Source: Bacilli bacterium
Lineage (GTDB): Bacteria; Bacillota_I; Bacilli_A; RF39; UBA660
Reading direction: 5' to 3'
DNA: 64,000 nt
Assembly (NCBI GenBank): GCA_017513865.1
Contig: JAFWMN010000011.1
Coordinates: 142,752-206,751, forward strand
The position numbers and the translations under genes are program-made. The notes under the pieces were generated by a model, which did no database searches, had not been told where the DNA came from, and saw only the letters and a program-made list of their open reading frames with translations. Below, one piece after another: positions 41,402 to 52,260 of this stretch (position 1 is its first letter; every line of letters begins with the position of its first letter).

Positions 41402-42916
41402 TTAATTTAAATCTATGGCTTTTATCATTTTAGCATCCCTTAATTTAGAAATTGGTATTCCCAATACCTTCATTTGATAATTGGTAACAATTCTCTCCAA
41501 ATCAGAAATTAAACTTTCAATCGAACTTTCATCCGCTAAAGACTCTTCAATATTAATATTTAACATTTTATAATTTGTTATTATTATATCTGAAAGTTCA
41601 CGTTCTTCTAAAATCGTAACATTATTAATTAAAGTATTACTTGGATCCATTGTAAAATCAAACAACTCATCAATTCTTTGATCAATAACATCATAAGTTA
41701 TGCCTTCTTCTTTTTCTTTAAAGTAATCAGCTAAAATTTTATAATATTGACAAGCTAATAATAATACTTTAAAAAGCGTCGAATTATCTCTGATATGTTC
41801 TTTAATAGCAACTTTAAATATGTTAGTATCTATTTCATCATATAAAGCTTTAATTTCCGCTATTTTTGCGTTTATTTCAGGTTCTACTTTAGAAGTGCTG
41901 GTTTTAGATTCTTTACTAGCGTCTTTCTTATTTAATTTAAATAATTTGCCTTCTAAACCAGAAATTTTTTTAAGCGTTTTTTTCATATAATCTTTTTCAA
42001 TATTATCTTTATATAATTCCCTAGCTTTATCAATTAAATCTTTATATTTCAAATAACTTTTATATTCTTTAAGTGAGTTTAACAACTGTTTTATAACTAC
42101 AATTTTACTTTCATCATAATCATTATTTTTAAATAAATTTGCTGTTATAGCTGCGATTTTTTCATCAGTATATTCCTCAATATCTTTATTTTGATTATAA
42201 AAATCTAAAATCATATTTGTTTTACTAGAAAACTCTTTTTGTTTTCTTCTTAAAAAATTATAATCATCTAAAATACTTGTTTCTGCTTTAGTAAAACGCT
42301 CTTTAACTTGCCTATTTACAAGTTCAATATATTTTTCACAGCGGGCTTTATTTTTTAAATACAAGTATCTAAGATTTAATTCAACTCTAATCATAATATC
42401 TGGACATTTCCAATAAACATTATCAAAAACCTCTTTGATTTTTTGATTAGTAAGACCTTCTTCAAAAAACATTGGTACGTACTCATGAACTTCGTTTGTA
42501 TAATTAAAATCTTTAACCATAAGCGGACAGTTAGCTGCTTTAAAAATATTGATTGCCTTCAGTATCTTAATATTATTATTAATAAGTTCATCATCACTAT
42601 AATTTGTAAGCTGATAAACTATTTTATCTAAATCTAATTTTTCATATGCGGTACTTAAGGTATTAGTATAAGAAAGTGCTTTTAAAAGATTTTTTAAAAC
42701 TACATCATTATTAGAAATCTCTTCATATTTTAAGTTTTCAAAAGGTTCTAACCTTCGTTTAAGTTCTGTCTTAACATCATCAATTTTCTTTTGATAACTT
42801 TCCATTTCTAAAGAAATTTCTTTTAAAAATCTTTCTTTATTCTTTTTATTATTAACCGGAAGCCCATTTAAAAGTTCTTCAGTAAGTTCTATTTCTTTTT
42901 CTAATTTTTCAAGCAT
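41402..42916 (-). CDS. Hypothetical all-alpha/coiled-coil cytoplasmic protein
   Basis: About 504 aa from ATG 42916, overlapping the upstream stop. Lys/Glu-rich helices, VYWKCPD motif, no TM. Confidence 0.6.
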   Translation of the reverse strand: MLEKLEKEIELTEELLNGLPVNNKKNKERFLKEISLEMESYQKKIDDVKTELKRRLEPFENLKYEEISNNDVVLKNLLKALSYTNTLSTAYEKLDLDKIVYQLTNYSDDELINNNIKILKAINIFKAANCPLMVKDFNYTNEVHEYVPMFFEEGLTNQKIKEVFDNVYWKCPDIMIRVELNLRYLYLKNKARCEKYIELVNRQVKERFTKAETSILDDYNFLRRKQKEFSSKTNMILDFYNQNKDIEEYTDEKIAAITANLFKNNDYDESKIVVIKQLLNSLKEYKSYLKYKDLIDKARELYKDNIEKDYMKKTLKKISGLEGKLFKLNKKDASKESKTSTSKVEPEINAKIAEIKALYDEIDTNIFKVAIKEHIRDNSTLFKVLLLACQYYKILADYFKEKEEGITYDVIDQRIDELFDFTMDPSNTLINNVTILEERELSDIIITNYKMLNINIEESLADESSIESLISDLERIVTNYQMKVLGIPISKLRDAKMIKAIDLN

Positions 42917-43211
42917 CCTCTTCACTCTTTTCCTCAGAAGATTCTTCAGATTTTTTATTTTCTGATTCGTCTTCATCAAGATTAATTATATCTTCGTTTT
43001 CCTCTTTTGATTCTTCTTCACTGTTAGCATTTTCTTCTGCACTTTCTTGATCAGAAGTTTCTTCTACCTTCTCTTCCGCACTTTCTTCTTTAACCTCTTC
43101 TGGAGCATCTAAATTATTGCTTATTTCTGTTTTTTTATTATCAAGTTGCTTGAAATACTCCAAAAGTCTTTTATAATAATCAAGTAATTCTTTTGTTTCA
43201 ATTCCTTCCAT
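42909..43211 (-). CDS. Small acidic protein (N-terminal helix plus Glu/Ser-rich disordered tail)
   Basis: 100 aa, RBS GGAGGT, sits between the giant gene and 41402..42916. Confidence 0.6.
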   Translation of the reverse strand: MEGIETKELLDYYKRLLEYFKQLDNKKTEISNNLDAPEEVKEESAEEKVEETSDQESAEENANSEEESKEENEDIINLDEDESENKKSEESSEEKSEEDA

Positions 43212-43222
43212 ACTAATACCTC

Positions 43223-46200
43223 CTATTTAATTATAATATATTGAGAGCAATCCCCAATAAAGGCTGTACCATCATATAAACTAAAGACAAATTTGTACGT
43301 TCCACTAATAAGTAACGTTTTTAAATAAAGTGTCTTAGTCATGCCATGTACCGGCGTATCAATAAACATATATTCATTAGTAGCACCACTAATCGCACTG
43401 AGTTGATTAGTTACATAATCTGCCAAATCAACTTCATTATAAGTTGAAGAATCAGGATTGGTGTAATCGCGTCGATACAATTTAACATGAACATTAGGGT
43501 TTGCAAAAGTTGAATTATATTCCACTGTAAAATTCAAAAGATTGTTATCATTTAAAGTATACCCCATTACTTTATCAATCATCATTTCATTATCAGTTAA
43601 TTTAATTTTTAAACCATATGTACTATTAATTATAGTAAACGGAATATTTAAAGTATCCTGTGCCACATGGCCATAATAAATACCATCCGGTGAAGTAAAT
43701 GATTCAATTTTAAGAGTATAGTTGCCTGAAACTAAATTGACATTTTGAGTATTTATTTTTATTCGCTTAAATATATTTGCAACTCTATCAGCCAAAGCAA
43801 TTCTTACACTTCCATCCATACGTGGATAATAAGTAGTTCCATCAACTTCATAAGATAACCCAAGCAAGCTACTATTATTAAGTTGATTGCCACTAGAATT
43901 ATAAATTGTTAACTTAACTCCTGGTTTTTTATTAAAGTGACTTGTGTCAACAACCGGAAGTGAGTTTACAATTGGTTGTGTAAAGTTACCTGTCAAGTTT
44001 AAAGTAACCGTATCCCCAATATAAACAGGATTTTCACTTAAAGTTCCACTGATATCAACGACAGCATTACTACCAGCATACATATTATAAGTGAGGGACG
44101 ATCGTTGAATACCCAAAACACTAATTAGGGTATTATTTTGAGCATCCCGCAAATCCATAAATAACGTATTACCCAGCTGATTGTTTGCGATTGATGTATC
44201 TTCAAAATTAACGATAAATATAAACTCTTCTTCTACTGTTCCTGCTGTACTATTATAATATTTTGCAACATTTTGACTCTCATTATAATTGTTATTAGTG
44301 CTAGTCGAACCCATTTTTATAAAATTAGCTAATTCGTAATAACACTCACCATCTAAATTATATTCACTAGTTGTTCTAGCAACCGTCGCACTATCTACAA
44401 TAAAATAATAAGTTTCATTATCAATTAAATCAAGCATAGTTATTTTTGTGTTTTCTGGGAAAACGTAATTTGAAAGTAATGAGTGATGATATCCCGTTCT
44501 ATAATATGAATTTTCTGTATTCATAAATAATGAATAATAAGCACTAAACATCGATTTAGTATTTATATTTGTCGGACTAGAAGCAAACATATTAAATTTT
44601 TCACCTGATGTCATTGCTCCTTCATAATCATTATTATTATATAAAGCAGAAGTAAGTGTTACATTAATATTAACACGATTTACTTCATCATTAAGTTCAT
44701 CAATTGGTGTAGATGTTTCCAACGAAATAATTACTGTTCCAATTTCTCTAGATAATGTAATATTTTTAGAATGATAAAAATAGAAAAGTAATTTTGGAAC
44801 TGCCGTTGAGTTTTCAGAGATATATTTTTTTGTACCTAATACCGGATTACTACTATTAGTTACAAACGATGTAGAACCAGAAGTAACAAAACCAGTGTTT
44901 GAAGGCTCAAATTTAAGTCCCATTTTCGTATCAGCTGTTCCTTCATTATTAACCCTAGGAATCTGACTTTCTTCTACGAGCTGAAAACCAGTTTCCAAAT
45001 CTTCATAGTTAAATCCTAAAATCTGGAAAGTCGTGTTTGGATTATTAGAATAATCAAGAGGAAGTTCATAAGTTCCCAAAGTCGCATATTTAGATGCGGT
45101 TAAAGTTATATCATAAGTGGCAACTTGTTCTCCTATTAACCACCTATAAAATTCTCCTTCAGGTGGGCTTGGTTCAATATAAGCAACTTTTATATGTCCT
45201 TCATTATCTTTATCAGCAAAATTACTATAAAAACCATCAACCTTTATATTATGGTTTGTATGATGTGATCCAACCACATAACTACCAGAGGTAAATGCAT
45301 ATAAAACGTTACTTGCTTCATCACCATTACTATAAGAATTATCATACAAAGCCGTAATAACTCTGCCGTTTCCACCAACTTTATACATACCAAAGAATGT
45401 CATACCACTAACTCTACCATAAGCCGAAGCAAATTCATTAGTTGCTATGTTCAGATTCTTTCCTTCAGCCATATATATTCTATTATTAACATTTCGCGTC
45501 ATACTACCTGAATCAGTAATATTTGCAGCAGCTTTTTCCACCGTATTACCAGTTATTTTTTCGCTATAAAAACTCTTTAATAAGTTTACCCCAACATCTA
45601 GAAATAATGTACTATCATTAGCTAAAACAAGTTTATCAATTCGGCTTAATGTAAATTCAACATCCGAAAATTCATTAGTTCTGTCCTTCGCACCTTCTAA
45701 TTTTATTGCTGAATTCTTAATCGTCAATGTGTCTGTTCTTTGAATAGATACATTTTCTTTATAATTTGTAAAAGTTCCGTAATTAGAAATATTTATTTCA
45801 CTCGTTCCAGAAGTAGATGAAGCATTACCACTACCAAAGATTGAACCATCTATATTAAAACTATTATATCCGGCTCCATCAATATTAACTTGAATAGCCC
45901 TCGTTACTCCGATAAAGTTAAAGTCATATATAGGTGACCCACTAGCATTAGCTTCACCACCGCCAAAGACTGTTCCATCTATTTGAATGTTAGATTGAAC
46001 TATATTATTAGCCGAATATCCAACATTAACAATTGCTGTACCATATAAAACCGCAGTATTAGCTCCACCATAAACATTTCCGTGAATAGTAGCTCCTGCA
46101 ATGTTAACGTGACTAGTAGAAGAATTACTGTTTTGTGTACCAGTGTTTGCCGCATTTCCACCACCAAATACATGTTCATGTATAATTGAACCATTATGAA

Positions 46201-49200
46201 CTGTTATATCTGTATTTCCATAAACAATAGCCGACGCACCATTACCACCAGCGTAGGCACTACCATATACTGTAGAGCCAGAAATCTTAACAGTAGAATT
46301 GCCTAAAACTTCGCCTAAGTTTCCACCACCAAAGAAATCACCAGCAATTGTCGAAGAAACAAAATTAACATTAGTATTATAATTTACAGCCGCACTATTT
46401 CCACCACCAAAGAAATCGCCAGTAACATTTATGCCGTTTACATAAACCGTAGTATAATCTGTTTCTGCATTGTTACCTCCACCATAAATATTAGTGTATG
46501 TTCCGCCAACAAGATTTAAAGCTGTATCAACTGTTTTTCCACCAGCATTATTTCCACCATAAACTGAAGTTACTGTCAAATTAGAAGCATTGTTTGTCGT
46601 AACATTACTTTGCGTAACTGTACCAGCAGAATTACTACCACCATAAACTGCAGTGGCAGTCCCACTTACTAGATTTACATTGGTTGTTCCAACACCCGCG
46701 CTGTTTCCACCACCAAATAATGAACCAACAGTAGCACCTCTTAAAGTAATATTTGATGTGGTTGTTTGAGCATTATTTCCCCCGCCATAAGCCGTGGTAA
46801 TTGCTCCTGAGTTTAAATTTACATTTGTTGTTACTGTCGTTCCTCCGGCATTATTTCCACCATAAACTGTAGGAACATTTGCATTAATATTTACTAAAGA
46901 TTCTTGGACAGTTCCGGTTTGATTAGAACCACCATATATTGCTCCTGTTATCGTACCACTAGTTAAAGTGATATTACTCTTTGTTGTAACATTAGCACTT
47001 TGACCACCACCGTAAGCATTCGTAGTAGTTCCGCCAATAATATTGACATTGGTTGTTCCCGTTGCCGCTTCTTTTCCGCCACCATAAACTGTCGTAATTG
47101 TTCCTGAATTTATATTAACATTTGTTGTAGTAGTAGTACCACCTTCGTTATTCCCACCATAAACTGTAGGAACACTTGAATTAATATTTACTAAAGATTC
47201 TTTAACTGTTCCGGTTTGATTAGAACCGCCATATATTGCCCCTGTTATCGTACCACTAGTCAAAGTAACATTACTTTTTGTTGTAACATTAGCACTTTGA
47301 CCACCACCATAAGCATTAGTAGTAGTTCCACCAGTAATACTAACATTGGTCGTCGCTGTCGTGGCTTCTTTACCACCACCATATAAAGCCGTAACTGTTC
47401 CTCCAGCCATATTGACATTAGTAATTGGAGTCGTTCCTCCAACATTATTTCCACCATATACATTAGTCGCGGTACCATTATTAATATTAACAACTACATC
47501 ACCAACAGGTGTTCCGTTAGCGTTGTTTCCACCAAAAACATTAGTAATATTTCCGCCATTTATATTTACTGTAATATCACCCGCAACACACGGCGCTTGT
47601 GTAGAACTTCCTTCACCGCCGCCATATACATTAGTAATTGTTCCAGAATTAACATTAACCGTCGTTTTATATGTGCTTTCAGTTGTCGTAACACTTGCTG
47701 AATTTACTGTACCAAAAGCACTTCCGCCATATACACTACCAATAGTAGGTCCAGTAGTATTAAGAGTTCCTATTGTAACATTAGAAGCTCTTTTTACATA
47801 AGTGTTACTACCTTGACCACCGCCATATACACTACCGGTTACTGTCCCACCAGTAATATTTACACTAGTATTACCAGTAACAATACCTGACGTATTAGCG
47901 CCGCCATATACATTGCCAGCTACAGTACCGCCACTCATATTAATAATAGCATTAGTGGCAACGTTATAATCCTCTACTTTGTTCTGGTTTCCACCACCAT
48001 ATACACTACCTTGTATAGAACCATTTAAAATGGTAATTTTAGATTCAGCTGCAGAATTACCACTACTAACACCTGTAACTCCGTAATTTCCACCGCCATA
48101 AATACTGTCATTAATAGTACAATTTTCATTAATAACAATGTAAGAATTATCGTTAGATCCAATTCCTAAGTATCCACTTTTACCATTACCATTACCAAAT
48201 ACATTTCCTGGATTAACGCCATACATATTAGAGCCACTAGCTAAAGTAGTATCACCTATAACAGCATCGCCACCAACATAAATAAAACTAGAGCCATATA
48301 AAGTACCATCACCATCACTAGTATTACTTATATTACCATTAGAACCACCTAAAACACTATATTTAACATTTCCACCAGTAACAGAAATAATTCTATTACC
48401 ATAAGTTGAAGATCTACCGGCTCCGCCAACAATTAAATCAACATCGCCGCCAGTCATATAAATATAAGTATCATTAACCGCACGTCTAGAAGAAGAGGTT
48501 AATGGACCACCTATCAAATTATAAATCCAGCCGCCCTCTATTTTAGCACTTCTAGCTGCATTATAAGTTCCATTAAGGACGCCACCAACATATACGCCAG
48601 TATACATATCAGCCTTGCTGGTACCAAATTTGCCGCTTTTTATAACCTGCATAACCGCAGAATCATTAGCAGAATAAATGTTTCCAGCCCATGAAGCTGT
48701 AGCTTCATAATAAACTTCTAAATTGTTATTATTTTCTCTAACTCGGTCCAAATCATTACCAAATATTGCTTCAGCCTGTATATATAAATTGTCATAATCA
48801 TATCTATTGGTTGGTTCTGTAACCGAAGTATTATTATAATATCCAGATTCGATAATCAATTTATATCTAGTATTTGAACTGCTACTTCCTGTAGACGTGT
48901 TTCCACCAATAAGTCCGTTAAAATTAACATAATTATTATATTTACTTAACCCGCGACCAACTTTTAAATTATGGTAAGTTGCATTTAATAGTCTACTGTT
49001 ATTCATATCGGCAGAACTATAATCAGTACCAGAACTAATAGTCATATGCTCAATAGTTGTGTCATTAACAAGTGATATATTTGCCCCTGTCGTCCATCGG
49101 TTAGTTGATTGTGTACCGTTTGCAAGTATTCCAGTAAAAGTAAAAGGTTTATTATAAGTACTACCTGTACCCCAGTTAGATGTTAAATTACTAGTATTTA

Positions 49201-50419
49201 AATGTGCGATATTTGTATCCCTGGTAGCTAGATAGTAATACCTTCTCCCCGTTTGAAAATAATTGATATTTCCATTACTGTCATATTTATCAAGGTATCT
49301 ATATAAATCATTACAACCACCATTAGTGTTACAAGTACCACTTTGTATATAACCCTCATCATCATATAAGCCTTCTATAGAAGCATTCCTAGCTATATTT
49401 CCGGCTGGGGTATAATATCCCGCCATAACACTAGTACTTGAATATAAATCTTCGTCATGGCAAATATCATCAGCATGTTCTAAAATATAAGCATCAGTCG
49501 CGACTATAAAATTATTACCGGCATCATTTTCTCTATAATAAGTAGTACTACTATCATAAAGAGAATTATTATTAATAATTGTCCAATAATCACAACCACC
49601 ATAAGTATTACAATATCTATTATTAGCCGTACGAATTCTACCACCACTAACATAATACCCAGTATAATAACTATACCTGTTAGCATGAGCTGCTAAATAA
49701 AAACCATTCATAACAACTTCTGATAAAGAAGTAGGTCTAACACATACTTGATGTGTTGTTGCAATAGAATGTAATTCTCCACTATCAAAACGGCCAAATA
49801 TAGTAGACCAACCTTCAGAAGTGTTTCCTTCTTTAGCATCTATCCAATGAGCATAAAAAGATATATCGATATCGGCATATCCATTACCACTACTAGTTGG
49901 CGTTACTATTGCATATCTTTCGTAAGTGTCTTTATCAAGATAAACACTAACTCCTTGGGAATCACTTATCCAACTATTAAAACCTTTGCCAGTTGGTCTA
50001 TTAGCAAAAGGATTATCAATTAAAGGAATTTTTACTTTACCATTTTCAACAGGATACCAATGATAATATATATACGTATTATAATTTTCCGTAGTTGAAA
50101 CTGTCCCAACCAAGCTACTATCATAAAAATCTCTACCATAATAATTTATTTTTACTTTAACCATATTGCTTGTGTTATAAATATTCTGATCAGCTCCCGT
50201 TGGTAAAGTGCCACCAGTTTTTGTGTAATTTAAACTATTATAATAATATAAGTCTGCCTTCTCATCATCAACTGTAACTACTGTCCCATTAACACCACTT
50301 CTAGAAGTAGCCGGAGCCGTAGCTACAAACTGTCCATAAGATATAAAAACGTAGGATAGTAATGCAATAGAAACAAACAAAAAAACAAATAATAATTTAT
50401 TATTTTTAAGTTTTTCCAT
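43223..50419 (-). CDS. Giant (2398 aa) adhesin-like protein with Gly-rich beta-helix-type repeats
   Basis: N-terminal hydrophobic helix ending ISYG|QF, many [VIA][YF]GG[GSN] repeats spaced about 25 aa apart, beta-sandwich-like C-terminal region, no sortase motif. Confidence 0.75.
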   Translation of the reverse strand: MEKLKNNKLLFVFLFVSIALLSYVFISYGQFVATAPATSRSGVNGTVVTVDDEKADLYYYNSLNYTKTGGTLPTGADQNIYNTSNMVKVKINYYGRDFYDSSLVGTVSTTENYNTYIYYHWYPVENGKVKIPLIDNPFANRPTGKGFNSWISDSQGVSVYLDKDTYERYAIVTPTSSGNGYADIDISFYAHWIDAKEGNTSEGWSTIFGRFDSGELHSIATTHQVCVRPTSLSEVVMNGFYLAAHANRYSYYTGYYVSGGRIRTANNRYCNTYGGCDYWTIINNNSLYDSSTTYYRENDAGNNFIVATDAYILEHADDICHDEDLYSSTSVMAGYYTPAGNIARNASIEGLYDDEGYIQSGTCNTNGGCNDLYRYLDKYDSNGNINYFQTGRRYYYLATRDTNIAHLNTSNLTSNWGTGSTYNKPFTFTGILANGTQSTNRWTTGANISLVNDTTIEHMTISSGTDYSSADMNNSRLLNATYHNLKVGRGLSKYNNYVNFNGLIGGNTSTGSSSSNTRYKLIIESGYYNNTSVTEPTNRYDYDNLYIQAEAIFGNDLDRVRENNNNLEVYYEATASWAGNIYSANDSAVMQVIKSGKFGTSKADMYTGVYVGGVLNGTYNAARSAKIEGGWIYNLIGGPLTSSSRRAVNDTYIYMTGGDVDLIVGGAGRSSTYGNRIISVTGGNVKYSVLGGSNGNISNTSDGDGTLYGSSFIYVGGDAVIGDTTLASGSNMYGVNPGNVFGNGNGKSGYLGIGSNDNSYIVINENCTINDSIYGGGNYGVTGVSSGNSAAESKITILNGSIQGSVYGGGNQNKVEDYNVATNAIINMSGGTVAGNVYGGANTSGIVTGNTSVNITGGTVTGSVYGGGQGSNTYVKRASNVTIGTLNTTGPTIGSVYGGSAFGTVNSASVTTTESTYKTTVNVNSGTITNVYGGGEGSSTQAPCVAGDITVNINGGNITNVFGGNNANGTPVGDVVVNINNGTATNVYGGNNVGGTTPITNVNMAGGTVTALYGGGKEATTATTNVSITGGTTTNAYGGGQSANVTTKSNVTLTSGTITGAIYGGSNQTGTVKESLVNINSSVPTVYGGNNEGGTTTTTNVNINSGTITTVYGGGKEAATGTTNVNIIGGTTTNAYGGGQSANVTTKSNITLTSGTITGAIYGGSNQTGTVQESLVNINANVPTVYGGNNAGGTTVTTNVNLNSGAITTAYGGGNNAQTTTSNITLRGATVGSLFGGGNSAGVGTTNVNLVSGTATAVYGGSNSAGTVTQSNVTTNNASNLTVTSVYGGNNAGGKTVDTALNLVGGTYTNIYGGGNNAETDYTTVYVNGINVTGDFFGGGNSAAVNYNTNVNFVSSTIAGDFFGGGNLGEVLGNSTVKISGSTVYGSAYAGGNGASAIVYGNTDITVHNGSIIHEHVFGGGNAANTGTQNSNSSTSHVNIAGATIHGNVYGGANTAVLYGTAIVNVGYSANNIVQSNIQIDGTVFGGGEANASGSPIYDFNFIGVTRAIQVNIDGAGYNSFNIDGSIFGSGNASSTSGTSEINISNYGTFTNYKENVSIQRTDTLTIKNSAIKLEGAKDRTNEFSDVEFTLSRIDKLVLANDSTLFLDVGVNLLKSFYSEKITGNTVEKAAANITDSGSMTRNVNNRIYMAEGKNLNIATNEFASAYGRVSGMTFFGMYKVGGNGRVITALYDNSYSNGDEASNVLYAFTSGSYVVGSHHTNHNIKVDGFYSNFADKDNEGHIKVAYIEPSPPEGEFYRWLIGEQVATYDITLTASKYATLGTYELPLDYSNNPNTTFQILGFNYEDLETGFQLVEESQIPRVNNEGTADTKMGLKFEPSNTGFVTSGSTSFVTNSSNPVLGTKKYISENSTAVPKLLFYFYHSKNITLSREIGTVIISLETSTPIDELNDEVNRVNINVTLTSALYNNNDYEGAMTSGEKFNMFASSPTNINTKSMFSAYYSLFMNTENSYYRTGYHHSLLSNYVFPENTKITMLDLIDNETYYFIVDSATVARTTSEYNLDGECYYELANFIKMGSTSTNNNYNESQNVAKYYNSTAGTVEEEFIFIVNFEDTSIANNQLGNTLFMDLRDAQNNTLISVLGIQRSSLTYNMYAGSNAVVDISGTLSENPVYIGDTVTLNLTGNFTQPIVNSLPVVDTSHFNKKPGVKLTIYNSSGNQLNNSSLLGLSYEVDGTTYYPRMDGSVRIALADRVANIFKRIKINTQNVNLVSGNYTLKIESFTSPDGIYYGHVAQDTLNIPFTIINSTYGLKIKLTDNEMMIDKVMGYTLNDNNLLNFTVEYNSTFANPNVHVKLYRRDYTNPDSSTYNEVDLADYVTNQLSAISGATNEYMFIDTPVHGMTKTLYLKTLLISGTYKFVFSLYDGTAFIGDCSQYIIIK
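46857..47450 (-). repeat. Internal 297-bp (99-aa) tandem duplication within the giant protein
   Basis: CCACCATAAACTGTAGGAACA at 46857 and 47154. The peptide AYGGGQSANVTTKSN.TLTSGTITGAIYGGSNQTGTV.ESLVNIN..VPTVYGGNN occurs twice. Confidence 0.85.
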
Positions 50420-50471
50420 AACATCACCTCCTACTTTCTTATTTAACTTAAGGATATTTAATTTATTAACA

Positions 50472-51458
50472 TTAAGCTGGATTAGTCGTAAATTTTAAAT
50501 CAAAAGTTATATCACCATAAGACGCATAATCTTCACAGTCAACATCTTGACCTTCTATCCACATATATATTCTCACCTTGGTAACACTAGGTGCTAAATC
50601 CAATATTTTTTGATTAGGACCGCCTGCCTTAGGCGTCGCAATATCCATATTCATGCTTCTAAAGAATGCCGGATAACTAGTCATATTAGCGCTCGAAATA
50701 GGCACACTATCACTCATAAGGATATTACTAATTACACCATCATAAGGTAAAATGGCTGCTCCTGTTTGCGTTGTTGTAAGCCCATATGTTGTGCTTGCAT
50801 GATTCACACCATATTCTGTATGAACATCATAATTTGGTTCCCAGAAAATAGCTGTAGTCGCTCCCTTTAAATTTTGTGAAATATTTGGAACATCTTCCGA
50901 AGACCCTTCCACCAAGAAAGCTATTCGTGTCGCATTTTCAATTCCAGATTGACTTTCACCAGTATATTCAATTTTAGATGTTCCATCTAAATATAACTCT
51001 TTACTTGATTTGACTCTAAAGAAAACATCAAAAGCCACAAAAGAGCCTTCACTTTCCTCACCAAAACTTTCAGTTTCTATTTCTCTATTAGCCACTAAGA
51101 TAAAATCACTACTCTGATCATTAGTCGCATTACCCAAAAATAATTCCAGTTTCCCTTCACCTATGCCTCCTCCTGTTGATACAGGTGACATTTGATAAGG
51201 AATTTGATTAATACTATTAGGATACTTAGTTCTCGCTTCCATAATATCCTGAACTGTAACTACTTGTTTCCAATCTATCGCATTAGTACTAACTTCAAGA
51301 CCACCATCAGCTTGAACATGAACTTGTAAAGATTCAATAGACACCATTCTATTAGCTGAAAACCAAGCATAAGTTGTTGTTAAAAGGAAAAAAGTACTTA
51401 AGAATAGAGGGATTAATAATTTTCTTCTTCGTTTATTCTTTCTTTCCTTTGTTTTCAA
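50472..51458 (-). CDS. SipW-type-signal-peptide protein, paralogue of 37743..38786
   Basis: KRRRK, helix, TTTYA|WFSAN. Shares NATR.AF, WEPNY.VHT..GV and IYMW.EGQDVDC with the 37743 protein. Confidence 0.7.
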   Translation of the reverse strand: MKTKERKNKRRRKLLIPLFLSTFFLLTTTYAWFSANRMVSIESLQVHVQADGGLEVSTNAIDWKQVVTVQDIMEARTKYPNSINQIPYQMSPVSTGGGIGEGKLELFLGNATNDQSSDFILVANREIETESFGEESEGSFVAFDVFFRVKSSKELYLDGTSKIEYTGESQSGIENATRIAFLVEGSSEDVPNISQNLKGATTAIFWEPNYDVHTEYGVNHASTTYGLTTTQTGAAILPYDGVISNILMSDSVPISSANMTSYPAFFRSMNMDIATPKAGGPNQKILDLAPSVTKVRIYMWIEGQDVDCEDYASYGDITFDLKFTTNPA

Positions 51459-52149
51459 TGTGTTCCTCCATTATTTCCATTTTTAGTTTTAATTCTCCAC
51501 CTATTATTGCATCCACACATTCTGGGTCATCTCCCTCTAAATAAATAACCACTGTAAACTTATCGTTTTCTTTAGGCGCTAAGTGTTTTCTTTGTTTAAG
51601 CATTGCATATTTATTAGAATAAAATTCTATAGTATCCGGTTCTGCCTTTCCTGTTAAATCACTTGCTTTAGCATAAACTGTTTTTACTCCATTTTCATAA
51701 ACAACAATTCTAATTGCTTCATCAACATTCTTAATAACATCAAGGATTTTAATTCGATACCAATAATTAATCGTTTGATCGCCAGTATTTCCTACATAAA
51801 ATGTGTAAGCGATATAATTTTCACCATTATGACTGCCATCTTTTTCATCATTAATATCTTTAGGAATCCATTCACCAGAAATGTTGTCCATAAATTCTAT
51901 CTCTTTAGCATATAATTTGTTACTATAATTAATATCATTTTTGCTTTCAAATAAAACAATCCCACTTTTTAAAGTAAAATTTGGATCTAAAGTAACCGTA
52001 AAACGGCCACCTTTATAAATTATTGATAAAATAAAAAATGAAATTAAAAGAAGCAAAAAAGCCACGATAACTATTATCTTAGTATATTTAAGTCTTTTCT
52101 TTCTTTTTTCTAAAGATTTTGCTGTTACTTTTACTTCACCTACACCCAT
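51433..52149 (-). CDS. Membrane-anchored pilin-like protein (possible base/anchor subunit)
   Basis: N-terminal TM with no A|xF cleavage motif, NYIAYTFYV.N.G, C-terminal VIYLEGDDPEC. Confidence 0.55.
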   Translation of the reverse strand: MGVGEVKVTAKSLEKRKKRLKYTKIIVIVAFLLLLISFFILSIIYKGGRFTVTLDPNFTLKSGIVLFESKNDINYSNKLYAKEIEFMDNISGEWIPKDINDEKDGSHNGENYIAYTFYVGNTGDQTINYWYRIKILDVIKNVDEAIRIVVYENGVKTVYAKASDLTGKAEPDTIEFYSNKYAMLKQRKHLAPKENDKFTVVIYLEGDDPECVDAIIGGELKLKMEIMEEHIENKGKKE

Positions 52150-52260
52150 AACTTCACTTCCCTATTCTTAATATAATTTTACCATATTTCACTATATAAT
52201 GTAAACTAATTGTCATGTTTTTAAGCCAAAAAAAATAATTATTTTTTCATATCAAAATAA

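Noticed and set aside
46300-48300. CRISPR-like periodic repeats (CCACCATA...)
   Set aside because: These are codons for the YGGG repeats inside a single open 7.2-kb reading frame. There are no unique spacers with constant repeats and no cas genes.
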